Shown here piece by piece: positions 13,601 through 26,531 of a stretch of 64,000 bases of DNA. The notes beneath the pieces are model-generated. The model was given only the letters and a program-made list of their open reading frames with translations, was not told where the DNA came from and did no database searches. Each line of letters starts with the position of its first letter. Within the stretch, counting starts at the first letter, position 1. The position numbers and the translations under genes were made by a program. The stretch is from Octopus bimaculoides (lineage: Eukaryota). Location: the NCBI RefSeq assembly GCF_001194135.2, contig NC_068986.1:111774477-111838476 (forward strand), given 5' to 3'.

Positions 13601-14271
13601 ATCTAGAAGTCAGAGCGACTGAAGTAGTGGTGAATGTCTACATCTCACAATAACTATGATGCTTTTTTTTGTTTTTATGCACAATCATTTGAGTGTTTTC
13701 TGTCCTGGTAAATATTGTGGTGTTTGTATGTTCTAACGCAACATCCACATTAAAGTGGTGAATATTTTACCATTGGCTATTAATGCTGCCTCTGCCGTTC
13801 TCTCTTGCTTTCTCTCTCTGAATACACACTCACATATACACACACATATGTGCGTGGGCGTATGTGTATGCGTGTTTGTGAGTATGTGTCTACGTATGTG
13901 TGTGCGCAGTAGACACGTATATCGGTGTGAGTTGGAACCACAGTGTATTTGTATATGTCTGTATATATCGATATTTTAAAATGTATTTATTTATTTTTGA
14001 CATTTATATGAAAATCATAGCGGGAGTTGACAATCTTTTTCAATAAATCTCCGCCAAGTGATAGAGTTCCAATTGTGAATGTTAACAAAGAACCACGTAG
14101 AGTTGTCAAGAGACGTGAAGAAGCGAAGCGGAAACATCGTCGAGATTTCTCCTTGAGATTTATGAAAGAATCATGGTATTAACAGCACGGAAGTATGACG
14201 TGCTGTTCAACAGTCAACGTCTTTCAGCTAGGTAACTATAGTTACATTAAATGGCAAGTGGTTTCCTTTAT

Positions 14272-14385
14272 TATCATCATCATCATCATCATCATCATCG
14301 TTGTCATCATCATCATCACCATCGTCATCATCGTTATCATGATCGTTATCATCATCAATATCATCATCATCATCGTTGTTGTTCT

Positions 14386-14457
<72 letters not shown>

Positions 14458-14462
14458 TAGTA
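14272..14462. repeat. Compound trinucleotide microsatellite (ATC)n/(GTT)n followed by (AGT)n
   Basis: Read directly; source of the poly-I/poly-S ORF 14195-14488. Confidence 0.95.
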
Positions 14463-14484
14463 CGAAAGTGATAAACTGGCAGAA

Positions 14485-14680
14485 ATGATAGTGATTCGGA
14501 CTAAGCAGTTAGCGGCATTTCATCCGCGTTCCCTTCCAAGTTCAGATGCAGCTGAGGTCGACTTCACCTTTCATTCTGTCGGAACTGATAGACTGATTAT
14601 CATCTGAATAGCAGGGCGACTTATCGATTGACCACTGGCGCTACAATTGCTGGCTTGGAACCAAAATTAAAAATGTATTA
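14485..14680 (+). mobile_element. Degenerate tRNA-derived SINE of the 57161 family
   Basis: GGCAGAAAT...AGTTAGCGGCATTTC...GAGGTCGACTTCACCTTTCATT matches 57175-57275. A second, weaker copy follows at about 14690-14830. Confidence 0.6.
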
Positions 14681-14943
14681 TTAATACAGGCGTTGATATA
14701 TCAGAATCGTTAGCGCGACGGACAAAATGCTGTGATGTATATCTTCTCATTCATCATGAACTGAGATCAAATTTTCCCGAGATTCATTTCACTTTCAAAC
14801 CTCAAGTACTGGGACCGGTGTAATTCAAGTGCCTCCATTTCACCAAATCTAGCATGATCAGCAAACAAGAATCACCTTAATCTGCTGGATGTGGACAGCT
14901 GACACTTTCCATCATGCCCAGCCAAATAAGCTGAGCTTTCACA

Positions 14944-14945
<2 letters not shown>

Positions 14946-14983
<38 letters not shown>
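14946..14983. repeat. (AAT)n microsatellite at the 5' junction of the R4/Dong relic
   Basis: Read directly. Confidence 0.95.
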
Positions 14984-14984
<1 letters not shown>

Positions 14985-16106
14985 CGCGAAAGCCACTTTC
15001 ATAAGAGGCAAACTAGTATGCTCTGCGGATATCCACATAGATACAAAAGCAAGAATCCGAGCACTGGACCAAGAAGAAGCATATAAATACATTGGCATAG
15101 ACGAAAGTAACGGCATAAATCATTCAGCAATGAAAGAGAAGATTAGAAAAGAGTACTACAGGAGTACTACAGAAGAGTACTGTTATTGACAAATTTCGGA
15201 ACTCAACGCTGCAAACAAAATAGAAGCCATTAAAACTCTTGCAGTACCAATCGTAGCTTACAATTTCAACATAATCAACTGGCAAATGAGCGAAATAGAG
15301 AAGCTAGGCCCCAAGACCAGAAAACTACTAGCTATCGCTCGAATGAACCGCCCAAAGCGGACGTGAACATGATTTATTTACCGAGAAGCATGGGAGGAAG
15401 AGGACTAACTCAATTAGAATTATCTTACAAAACCACCACTGTAGGATTAAATACTTATCTTGAGCTGTCGAAAGATCCTCTCATGAAGCTTGTGCACCAG
15501 CATGATAAAGTAAAGAAGCTATACTCGGTATACAAAGAATCTGTACAGTTTAAGAAACAACTGATGACAGAAGAACCTAGGATGAAGGCGAGTGAGAAAG
15601 TAATCCAGTTTGGTAAATGAGTTAAGGAAGACATGAAAAAACAAGCCCAGAAGAAGAGTAAAGGAGAATGGCTAGAAAACCGATGCGTGGCCGATTCCCA
15701 TGTAGAGTGAACAAACCAGACGTAGAAAAACGAAACACTCATGTATGGATGAAGAGTTAATGACTGAAGGCTGAAACTGAAGGTTTTATCATAGCAGCAC
15801 AAGATCAAAGCTTTAAGACCAGGGCTTACTACAACAAAATAATGAACGATGGCACTGACCCAAAATGCTGAATGCGTCATGAGCAGCATGAAACAGTGGA
15901 CTACATCTTAACTGGATGCACAGCGCTTGCAAAAACCGAATATATTCATAGACACGATAGAGTAGTGCAATATATCCATTGGAAGATATGTAAACATTAC
16001 CAGCTTCCAACTTCAGAAAGATGGTACCAGCAAAAACCTGAAACTGTGACCGAAAAAAGATGATGTAACAGTACTATGGGACATGCCAATCAACACCGAT
16101 ATAGAG
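14983..16106 (+). mobile_element. R4/Dong-clade non-LTR retrotransposon relic (late RT, thumb, CCHC region), truncated at both ends
   Basis: CAKATFIRGKL, AYKYIGIDESNGINHSAMKEKIRKEYYR, IYLPRSMGGRGLTQLE, ETEGFIIAAQDQ, ETVDYILTGCTALAKTEYIHRHDRVVQYIHWKICKHY and VLWDMPINTD. Similarity stops before the RPD endonuclease motif. Confidence 0.85.
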
Positions 16107-16355
16107 ACAATGTCACGACAAAAAACAGTCCTCCATACTCTACCAACATGCCAAACACCGACATGGAGGCATACTGGGTTAACTTGACATCCGCATTTTA
16201 TCGAAGCACCCGAACGAAGGACCCAACACTCAGAAAAATACAGGAGTACGTTCTCATAAATCAAACATCCCCAGTACCAAATAGGAAATATAGGTAGAAG
16301 GTAGTCATACCCCAATACCCACAGTCTAAAGGCACTAAAAGTCTAATAAGGCACT

Positions 16356-16422
<67 letters not shown>

Positions 16423-16429
16423 TCATGCA

Positions 16430-16628
16430 AACGTGCATGACTTGGTTGCAAGGGTGTTGCACTCGTGATTGCGAGGTCATGGGTTCGATTTCCAGACCGG
16501 GCTCTGCGTTGTGTTCTTGAGCAAAACACTTTATTTCACGTTGTTCTGCAATCATTTCGTCATCTGACATGTAGCACACATTGCACCTGTAGAGGGAAAA
16601 GTCGATTTGATGGAGTGAGTCAGCTTAT
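16430..16628 (+). mobile_element. tRNA-derived SINE with CORE-like segment, running into a gap
   Basis: B-box-like GGGTTCGATTTCC followed by TGTGTTCTTGAGCAAAACACTT, similar to the start of the CORE domain. Confidence 0.65.
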
Positions 16629-16994
16629 NNNNNNNNNNNNNNNNNNNNNNNNNNNNNNNNNNNNNNNNNNNNNNNNNNNNNNNNNNNNNNNNNNNNNNNN
16701 NNNNNNNNNNNNNNNNNNNNNNNNNNNNNNNNNNNNNNNNNNNNNNNNNNNNNNNNNNNNNNNNNNNNNNNNNNNNNNNNNNNNNNNNNNNNNNNNNNNN
16801 NNNNNNNNNNNNNNNNNNNNNNNNNNNNNNNNNNNNNNNNNNNNNNNNNNNNNNNNNNNNNNNNNNNNNNNNNNNNNNNNNNNNNNNNNNNNNNNNNNNN
16901 NNNNNNNNNNNNNNNNNNNNNNNNNNNNNNNNNNNNNNNNNNNNNNNNNNNNNNNNNNNNNNNNNNNNNNNNNNNNNNNNNNNNNNNNNNATGT

Positions 16995-17140
16995 AGATAT
17001 ACAGTTGAAATTTACAGAAAAAAATGAAAGACGAAGAGAAGAGTATACACAACATCCAGATATATTTGTTTGATACTCGGAAATGTGAGAAAGTCTTTTA
17101 CGTTTCGGGCCTGCGCTCTTCAACAGAAAGGAACACGAGG
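16995..17140 (-). repeat. Putative Penelope-like element terminal repeat with hammerhead-like motif
   Basis: Minus strand CTGTTGAAGAGCGCAGGCCCGAAACGTAAAAGAC. A related sequence lies at about 24645-24725. Confidence 0.4.
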
Positions 17141-17279
17141 TGGATGAACTAATCAGATACATTAAATATTTTAAATGCATTAAAGATATCAGTTATATTT
17201 AATGTAATTAATATATTTAATATAATTGGTGTACTTAATTTGTTTATCCGCATAATTGCTTCCATGCCCACTCAACGTG

Positions 17280-19300
17280 ATCAGCTCTGATAGCGTTTCT
17301 TTATCTTGTGGTATGATGCCCTGTTATGACATCGGAGTCTAATTTTGAATTCAAGTGTCTTCTATACGGAGAATATCGAAGACGTATAACGATCATATCT
17401 GGTACAGAAAGATGTCTGCAAGTGTGGCATAAATGTCGACTCTTGCTTGATAAATGGCAAGCAATGGCAGACAAACAATTCTATGGAAATCCCAAGTGTC
17501 CAACAAATAACGATGCGAAGAACACAACTTTCATAATATTTGGTTACAAGAAAGATTATTCGAAAGAAGCTCAGCGAAAATTTGCATCCCACATTCACAT
17601 GTATCAGAATTTTCTGCATCCACTAAGCAACAGAGTCGACAGGATGAGAATAGAGTTTGATTTATTTCTGTTTCTACTTGTCACCATCACCCACGTTGCA
17701 ACTCGACCCTGTATTCTACGTGAGTATCAGGAGAAAATGCCAGACATGTAAAGAATTTGTATCGCCTTCTTCAAGTATGTATTTTCTCCAGGTTTGTTTT
17801 TCAAACAATTAGAAACCTTTTTTTATTATTCATATTTTCTAGAACTCTTTATTTCTTGAGCACCATCTACAGGGGAATCTAAACTACTTGTTCTGATATT
17901 GGAAACTATATTCTATTCTATCTTCGTCTGTGTTCCATGTTTGTGTATAGGTATACGTTTCACTACATGTTTCCGTATTAAACAGACATGATACGTCTGC
18001 TATTTCCATTATTAAAAAATTATGCATAGAAATGATGTCGATGTATCGATAGAAGTTTTATTTGCATCGTTGAATTTAATGTCGGATTTTAACACGATGT
18101 TGTTTTGCGTTAAAGGCACTTGGTCTGGTGGATAGAATGTTTCAATCAAGATCATGGTTTCGATTCTCGAACCAGGCGATGCATTGTGTTTCTCCAGTCC
18201 ACTCAGCTGTAACTGTCGGGACCTTGCCACGGACTGGCGTCCAGGTGAAAGGGAACATAGCGATCGCGGTTACTTATGCGCTTAGAGAAACCGTGTAACC
18301 GACCCTACACGTATTAGGAGTCGAAACAATAACACCAGCTTTGAAGAAGATATTGTTTTCTTGACTGTTTTAACAAGGGTGGGTCATTATACCAGTTATA
18401 AACATAAGCACTGGTTATATTTCAATTCTTTGTATCTATCTATTTGACCACTTAACGAATTAACTGTTTGAATCGTTTGGCCTTCCATTAATTTCTCGTC
18501 ATTTTCCACTGTACATATTACGTTGAGCATGTCGACCATAAAACTGATAGATATCGTGTATTTGCCTTGATACACTTTCATTTCCTCTGTTGTCATTTAC
18601 ACAGACGGCATCATAGAGAAATAATTCTTTGTTACTCCACATTTTTGCTAGCCTAATTGGTCAGCAAAATCGTTCTTTTGACGCTGAGTGCTCTTCTTTA
18701 TGTATTTATAGTGTTCATGCAATGCGTTTTGCTTTGGCTGCGGTGACGTTGGCGAACAGACGAATTTCGTCTAAAACGGACTGATTGTATACATCATTAG
18801 TTTTCTGCAACAAATTTCCGAACTCCTTAGATGACTGTTAACTCTAATTGCCATTGTATATTGTTTGACAGTAATACATAATTGTTTAAAGATCAAGTGT
18901 GTTGGTGAATTTATTTGAGATATTATGATACTGTTAAGTTTGTTTTCTATTTGTACATTTACTTTTCTCTAGATAAGTGCTCGGGTGAATTTTACTTTAA
19001 TGTAGGGGAAATAAAAGACTCTTATTTGTGTTTATCACCGTTATTACTTTAGTCATTTCAACTTTTTATTGGATATTTTGTTTCTTAATCGTTCTTATCA
19101 ATTTGATTTTGTCGTTGAGTAAATTGTTAATATTTGTAATATATCATTTCTTACAGTAGGTTACCACTCTATTATCTGTCACATTGATATATGAAGACAT
19201 TGTCGATGTTTTTAGAAATCATGCAGAGTTTGTTTAAATTTCCTGCTCTGTATTTCTTTCTTTTTGTCCGTGTATTTTTTTTTATTATGTTTATCACAGA
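17280..19300 (-). mobile_element. Highly decayed L1/Tx1-clade ORF2 (EN C-terminus, linker, RT)
   Basis: Ordered minus-strand remnants: NINNLLNDKIKLIRTIK, TVENDEKLMEGQ...YKELKY, RRI/CLFNTE (RPISLLNTD), IH...*NIVSNIRT (GRxIxxNIR), YLKKA/VWHFL (DLEKAFD..W.FL) and YATLADIFL (YADD region). Confidence 0.5.
18110..18330 (+). mobile_element. Degenerate tRNA-derived SINE nested in the L1/Tx1 relic
   Basis: TGGTCTGGTGG...GGTTTCGATTCTCG (A/B-box-like) followed by GCATTGTGTTTCTCCAGTCCACTCAGCTG. Confidence 0.5.
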
Positions 19301-21499
19301 CTCTACCACACTGTCTGTTATATTAATGATTCTTATAGCTGACAATTTTTAAGCTTTGGTAGAATTGTTTGATTTGAAGTTTTTCTCATATTTTGGTTAT
19401 ATTTTGGTTATATTTCTGATTTAATGAATTTCGAACGGAGTCAAAAAAATGCAATTTGGTCTTGGATAAGAGTTATGACAAGCTGGCGCGAAATTCTTTC
19501 AATGAAGAACGTGTTTGATTTATTGCGTAATTTCTCGTTTATCGTCACAAGGGGTGCGCATATTATTAATAGAAGAGTTTATAGTATACAATAATTGTTC
19601 CTTAGAAAATCAAATGCATAGATTATAGAATATACAAACACATCCCAAATGTCATAAAACAAAACGCATTACTCGAAACTATTAACTAATACCAATAGTA
19701 CACATAAAATATTAACAACGTATAGCATATTATCAATAACCCACCAGGAACATATAAATCTATGAGAAATCTGTTAATATCGAATGTAATTTATAAGTTC
19801 GATTGACAATACGATGGCTGTAAACTGCACAGCTGGTGTAGAGGCTACAAAGTTGACTCTCCCCGGGAAAGTGATCCGGAATCTATTACAAGGAAAAATT
19901 GCAACAAACTACATTACACATAAATGGTTAAAGCAGCTCGCGAAATAAAACATTGTACAGTGTTTATATATTCTAGAAAAATCTACACAAAAAGAGATGA
20001 TTATTCATGGTAACAATGTCCATAACACAACATAGCGCCTTTCTCAGTTACTTCAGGAGGGAAGGGAGAACTCATGATCACACAAAGGGGCTTCAAAGCT
20101 AATGGAAAAGAGGGAGAAAGATATCCTCAAGCCAGAGACTAGCCCAAATTCTTACAACAAAGTGGACCCATAAAGTAAAAACGTAGGGAATATACACGGA
20201 GCACAAGGTAACGGCAGTTGTCACGTTACGAACACAACATGGTTTAAATTCAAAATTCAGTGGCTATCAATAAACGCATATTGCCCCGTCTGCCGACAGT
20301 GTGGTGAGAAAGAGGTTACAAAATTTAGTTTGGAAGAAACTAATAAATTTGATAATGTATTTGGTGTAAAATAATATCTCAGATAATTCTAAAAAATAAC
20401 TAAATAAATTGGTAAATTAGAAAACAGTCCGGCTCTGAGTCTGTAAACGAATACAGACGTACGGACGCACACATACATTAAAACATTTATATTAATATAC
20501 AGGCGTTACTGTGACCTTTGGGATCATCAATCAGGCTGCAGTCAATCTGATAGACACCCACACACGTATACATATATTTAGATCTACACGAGTATGTATG
20601 TGTTTATATTTGTATGTGTGTGTGTTTTGATACATATTCATAAATAAATGCATATAAAGGCTATATACAGCTAGCTAGATAGATAGAAAAATAGATATAG
20701 ATATATAGATATATGCGTGTGTAGATTGTGTATGTATATATTTATAAACGCTACTTAAATACATAGCAAATTTTATTGTTTAAAGGTATCAAACCCAGAC
20801 ATATGCGAAGACAATTTACGCTGAATATCTCATAAAATAAATTGTATTATTGTTGAAGTAAACTTACAATAAATACTATATAGATATCATTGTAAATTAT
20901 TATTATTACAATTATATTTATTATTATTGTTGTTGTTGATGCTGTTCTTGTTTTTGCTTTTGGTGTTCTGGTAGATTTTTTTTTTTTACTTTTGTTATTA
21001 TTAATATTTCGTTGTTATTAATATTATTATTATTAACATTATTATTATTGTTATTATGTTTTTGTTTTCGTATTTTCTAATGTCTCATAAATGATGTCTA
21101 GCAAGAAGACATCGCTTTTATTTGATGAGACATCTGTTTGTCTGTATCATTAATTTTGCCTGCCAGCTGATGTAACATTTACCTCGCAAGATGGGACATA
21201 GTTCAATCACTAACTTAGCCATAATTAATCTTCTCTTCTTACCAATATACAATGACAACATATAGTTTTAGTTATATTTTAACATTAGGAAAAAACACAC
21301 ACATATATAAACAATCACTTTTATATTTGTATATATACGTCCATATATACATATATATAAGAGTGTGTGTTAGTGTACTTTTACATTTCTAAATGTTTAG
21401 GGAAACATACATATACACATCTGTATATATACACATCTGTATATACGCAGGCACACACACAGAGCCGGACCCACATACCGACACATACATACAAACGAA

Positions 21500-21750
21500 T
21501 GTGAGGACAAATGGAAGAAATTGCCACTCAACCCATTTGGCTACAAAATATAGGATTTAATAACTATTGGATGCGATTTGAGGAAAATTATCAGGTTCGT
21601 AGTACCTTACAAATGATATAGGTTTGTTTTTCGAGCCTACAAAAAGTTGGGTTGCATTGAGCAGAAACAAACTATTAGAATTAGGTGATCTTGAACCTAA
21701 TATTAACCAACCACTCGAACTCCTTTCGCAGTATTTCGGTTGAAAAAATT
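21500..21750 (+). mobile_element. Possible L1/Tx1 ORF2 C-terminal fragment
   Basis: EEIATQPIWLQNIGFNNYWMRFEENYQVRSTLQMI resembles the post-RT Tx1 pattern (QPIWxN...W...I..L). Judged by eye only. Confidence 0.3.
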
Positions 21751-23589
21751 CTCCTCTCAGACAACGACATGATACTCTGCAATTTTAATTTCTGGCATAT
21801 CAAAACCAAACAAGTCTGTCACTTATAGAAGTTCAAAACACGCTCCTATGAAATCCACGAACGCAAAAAGAAACCGGCTCCCTAAAAAGGAGCTTCGGAT
21901 TTATCCCATCCTCACAAAGCTTTGAGCTTTGTGCACATACTACAAACGATTATATCTATTTTTGTTAGTCTTGTTATTAAAGTATTTTGGATTTGACTGT
22001 CAAAATTTACCACTGAGACTTAAGCATATTATTCCTTCATTCTAAACATGACGTGAAACTGACCAAGCTGTACAACTGCGTAAATCTTTAGAAGGACCGC
22101 ACACATCAAGGTAATCCTTTACACCGTCATTTACATCTATCATTCTGATTCAATATAGGTCATATACGCAGACTCAAATAAGCTACTATTATTACCAATG
22201 CTTGCTCTTCATGTGCTTGTGGACATATCAAGCTAAATTGCACCTCCCTCCTTTTTTCTTGTGCGTTCAACACCATTTAAACGTGAAGTTACACGTTCTG
22301 TATCTAATTTACGTATTATATACTTGCCGTTGTAATTAATTTGCTTCTTATTCAGTGTTTCTAGCGAAGGGTCAGGAAATTATTATTGTGGAATAAATTT
22401 AAATAGAGTTTTATGTAGTATCGAAAATTAGTTCATCATATAAAACGTTAGAAAATAACGAAGATTTGCTGAAAATGTACAATTATAATTAATACTTCGA
22501 TGTAATTATTATTTAAACACGCGACAGAATAATTAATTAAGCAAGATAACATAAACCAAAATGATTAATTCGATTTCCGTAAAGATATCTGTATGTATCC
22601 AACGCATTGTTACTTGCTACAGAATACATTAAAAGTTTTAATTTCTCATGCTAACACATGTCTGCCAATGAAATTATCAGAGTTTCGGTATCGACACGAT
22701 ATTAGTTTCTTTTTATATTAGACTTAATTAAGCTTTACACCCTAATGATCGTAGATATAAAAAATAGATTATTATGCGCGGAATATATGCATTCTTGCTG
22801 AGGAATAAACTTGATTGCAATCAACCAGCCCAGGCTTGTGTTGGTGTCAAGTAACTTTAGATTGTTAGTGAAATAGGAATTTACCTAATAATTTATGTCG
22901 TTCTTAGAACTCAGGAAACTAAATTGATATTATCCATGTTTGGTCGTACGACATGCGAGTAATAATAGCCGAACATATCTACAAATCTTGAGGTAAATAT
23001 TTAAGAACTGGTGCGCTGGTGGACGTGACAAGAAAAAAAACTTTGGTGTTGGTCGCAGTTGGAATGCTGATTAGGCAGACATCAATTATATATTTTTCGT
23101 TAACTCTTTGGATGTTCATACTCCTATGCCCAACAGCGATAGTTAATTCCCCGCCTCATTCTCCCCCACCACTCTCTCTCTTTCTTCTGATCCATTTTAT
23201 GCAGATGCGTCGAGCGAAGCACTAAATTATCCCTTGAATGTTTCAAGTTAAAACAAATTCAAATACACTGACAATATAAATCAACGTTGTCAATTATATT
23301 AATATTTCATCTACCGATTTTTTTTTTTTTTTAGCTGAAAACAATCATCAGTTTATTCCCACGAATATTTTATAGATATATTTATTACACCATAATTTGA
23401 AATGGCGGCAAATTCTGCATTTTGATTCATGCCAAATTTTTATGCCGTACATTTTCTGTTGTGTGTTTGTGACTGCAAGTAGGGCAGGAACATATTTGAA
23501 ATAGTATAAAATCTATAAATTAGGATGTGCCGTTTTGTCCTTTTGAATAATGGAGAAAATAGGTACGTATTATGTAATACGTCTATAAT

Positions 23590-23790
23590 ATTGGTTTCAA
23601 ATTTTGGAGCGAAACCAGCAGGTTTGAGGTTTAGACGATTAAACTCAACAGCTTGACAAATACTTATGTTATGGCCGCCAAAAGGATGAAATGCAAAGTC
23701 GACCTCAGCAGAACTTGATCTCAGAACATAAAAACGGACAAAATGCCGCTAAGCGGGCTTCCTAATGATTCTGCCAACTGGTCACCTTTA
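23590..23790 (-). mobile_element. Degenerate SINE of the 57161 family
   Basis: AAAAGGATGAAATGCAAAGTCGACCTCAGC...CCGCTAAGC...TTCTGCCA is the reverse complement of the head and central domain. Confidence 0.6.
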
Positions 23791-23934
23791 ACCCCACTAT
23801 AATATTTCACTACAAATATTTGACATAATCTAACTATAAACACAATCTAGTAAATATTAATAATGTTATCAAAACTCTAATATTTGACCCCTGTTAAAAT
23901 TACATCTTGGACTATTAATATTAATACAATGGTT

Positions 23935-24145
23935 GGCGGCAAACTGGCAGAACCACTAGCAATCCCTCGAAAAATTCTTAACGACATTTCGTCCCTACGT
24001 TGGATTTTCAAATTTCACCGAAGTCGTCTTTTCTTTTAATTTTTTTTTTTTTCAGGATTGATAAAATAAGTACCAGTCAAGGTAAACGACTTACCTATTT
24101 CCTGATGATGCTGGCGTTGTTCCAAAATTTCAGACCAATATTAAT
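23935..24145 (+). mobile_element. Degenerate SINE of the 57161 family
   Basis: CTGGCAGAACC...CATTTCGTC...TTCAAATTTCACCGAAGTCG...GATAAAAATAAGTACCAGT. Confidence 0.6.
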
Positions 24146-24609
24146 ATTGAGACTTATAAGAACCACACGCGCACATTAAAGCGAAAGGTTTTGTGAAATC
24201 TCCTACTACTTGAAGTAAGTGGATGGCAAGCGATATATGTATTCAGTACAAATGAGGCTATAGAAAATGTAAATTGAATCCAGATATAGAATAATTACAG
24301 AGATTAATTAAATTTATATTGGCAGCGGTATTCAATAATTGACGAACATTGAATTGGAAAATCCATTATCTACCTGCCGATAGTAGGTTGGTTTCAATCC
24401 GATCAGCTGGTTAATGAGCTGGAATTTCAGCGTCAAAAAGAGTTAATCGAAATACGATGAAATCTGAAATGAGACATGAATGGTATGTTCCACAAGTTGG
24501 ATTAAGTAGTTAACAAGTGTGAATCGAGCATATAGGAGATTATATTTATAATCCACAAGTTAAAGTAAGGCATAATTCGAATAAACAAGTAACTTCAGAC
24601 ACACACACA

Positions 24610-24643
<34 letters not shown>

Positions 24644-25022
24644 GTGAGAATTTACAAAATAGAAAAAAAAGATGAACAACAGTTACAACAAACAGATGTG
24701 TTAGTTTAACGCTAAGGAAGTGAAAGGTTCAAACGCCGTGGTGTAGTGGAGCGACATCTCATCCAAGGAAGAGTCTAGTGTAATACATGGGTAGGAGAGG
24801 TGCAGCTGAAGTGTAGGAGTCTGAGTGTAGGAGAGTAGAAAGTCCAGGTAGAGAAGAAATGTATGTGTGTGTGTCTATATTGTATACGTGCATATATGTG
24901 TGTGTGTTTCTGTGTGTGTTTGTGTCATTGCATAGAAAATACCTGCAATATCTCTGCTCGACATCACGAACATGGTCTTTGTGAAGAAAATATTACTCCA
25001 CCGGAAAAGGGGCAAAAATATC

Positions 25023-25791
25023 CAATTTCCTGACAAACTCTACTTTGCAATGGCAATAAATATGGCACGTGTCAATCATTGCAAATGGTTGGTTTAAATC
25101 TCACATAGCAAGTGTTCTCCCATGGTCAACATTATGTTGGATGCTCCCGTGTTGGCCGGCTACAAGGCTATACCATTGTGTATCAGAAGGGAAAACGAAA
25201 AATGTTGCCAACAAAGAAGCGCTCCACTGAAAAGACGGCATTTCTTCACATCTTCCAAATCACCCCAGTCATCTGCCGCCTCAAAAGCTTCGTACTTGCC
25301 GTGCCAGCCAACGTAAGTCAATGACACACAACTTCACTCATTCACTCTATCTCTCTTTCTCACCCTCTTTCTCTCTCACATACACATCCACACACACGCA
25401 CACACACACACACACATGCACGTCCATTTCATATATCTTTCAATTTCTGCTCGCTGCAAGTAAAATTTTTACGGATACAGCTGCTTACAAAAATTGGGAT
25501 AAATGTATAATTTCTTTCTATGTTCATAATTAAATAAATGTTTCAATGGTTATACAGACGTGCAATAGAATAGCTCTCAGAAACAGACTACGTACAAATT
25601 CTTTCTTCACAACTCCTGAAGTCATTTTCTGACAGGAGGTTGATTAAATCTTCAAACGGCTAGAGGCTCCAATCAAAACAGGGAACCCGAAATGATAAGG
25701 TTGAGAAATACTGTTATAGATTATGCCTAACCGAAAACGATCACAGCCACATCATCCAAACAGGCCGGGTAAAACCGGGTTTAGCTGCTAG
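25023..25791 (+). mobile_element. Helitron remnant: Pif1-like helicase C-terminus and 3' terminus
   Basis: QFPDKLYFAMAIN, then after a frameshift QMVGLNLT*QVFSHGQHYVGCSRVG...TIVYQK (motif VI region). GC-rich imperfect hairpin GCCGGGTAAAACCGGG lies 8 nt before CTAG|T at 25788-25792. Confidence 0.7.
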
Positions 25792-25883
25792 TATAAAATA
25801 AACCTGAAGCAACCGAACACTAAATATATAGTGCATATCTTTTTATTGGCTAAACTGGCAATATGACCATCCCAAATACAACA

Positions 25884-25916
<33 letters not shown>

Positions 25917-26457
25917 GGTGACTGTTGCAGCAGGGAATATATCTTTGATAAGCTAGTTGTCTGTAAATTTTTCTACTATTCCGTCTTGTTCTAAGTTTTC
26001 CTTCATTTTAATTAGGGTGAGGCTCATAAAAAGTTGTAAAGGGGTTTTACAGAATTATGTTGTTATTTCTCATAAAATACATTGGTATTACGTGAATGAT
26101 CTTGTTTGGGATACTATAAGTGGCAAGGATAATAACTAAGGCTTTGAAGTTTAGGGCGGTTCTGATGCGTATAAAATGTTAAAATAATTCTCATGAGCTC
26201 GATTACTTCACACTGATCTCGGTTGCCGTGGAATGAAAGAGAAAGACAGTAAAAACCACCACCAAGACTTTTACACATAGCAGCTGAAAATAATGAAACG
26301 ATACGTTTTGACTGTAACAATACTCATCAAATTTGCAATTGGTCCCACAAATCTATTATTATTCGACAAGCATTGTAGTCATTAAGAAACATTGTTAAAT
26401 ATGTGTATATGTGTGTGCGTGAGTGCGTGTGGACGTGCGTGCATATGTGTGTATCAG

Positions 26458-26531
26458 TGTCATTCTGTAGAGGTACAGTGTACCTGTCATTCTGTAGAGG
26501 ATAGTGTACCTGTCATTCTGTAGACGTACAG
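26458..26531. repeat. About 27-bp tandem repeat, roughly 2.8 copies
   Basis: TGTCATTCTGTAGAGGTACAGTGTACC / TGTCATTCTGTAGAGGATAGTGTACC / TGTCATTCTGTAGACGTACAG. Confidence 0.85.

Noticed and set aside
17326-17751. 141-aa plus-strand ORF
   Set aside because: No recognisable domain; it lies antisense to decayed L1/Tx1 RT motifs and is best explained as a shadow ORF.
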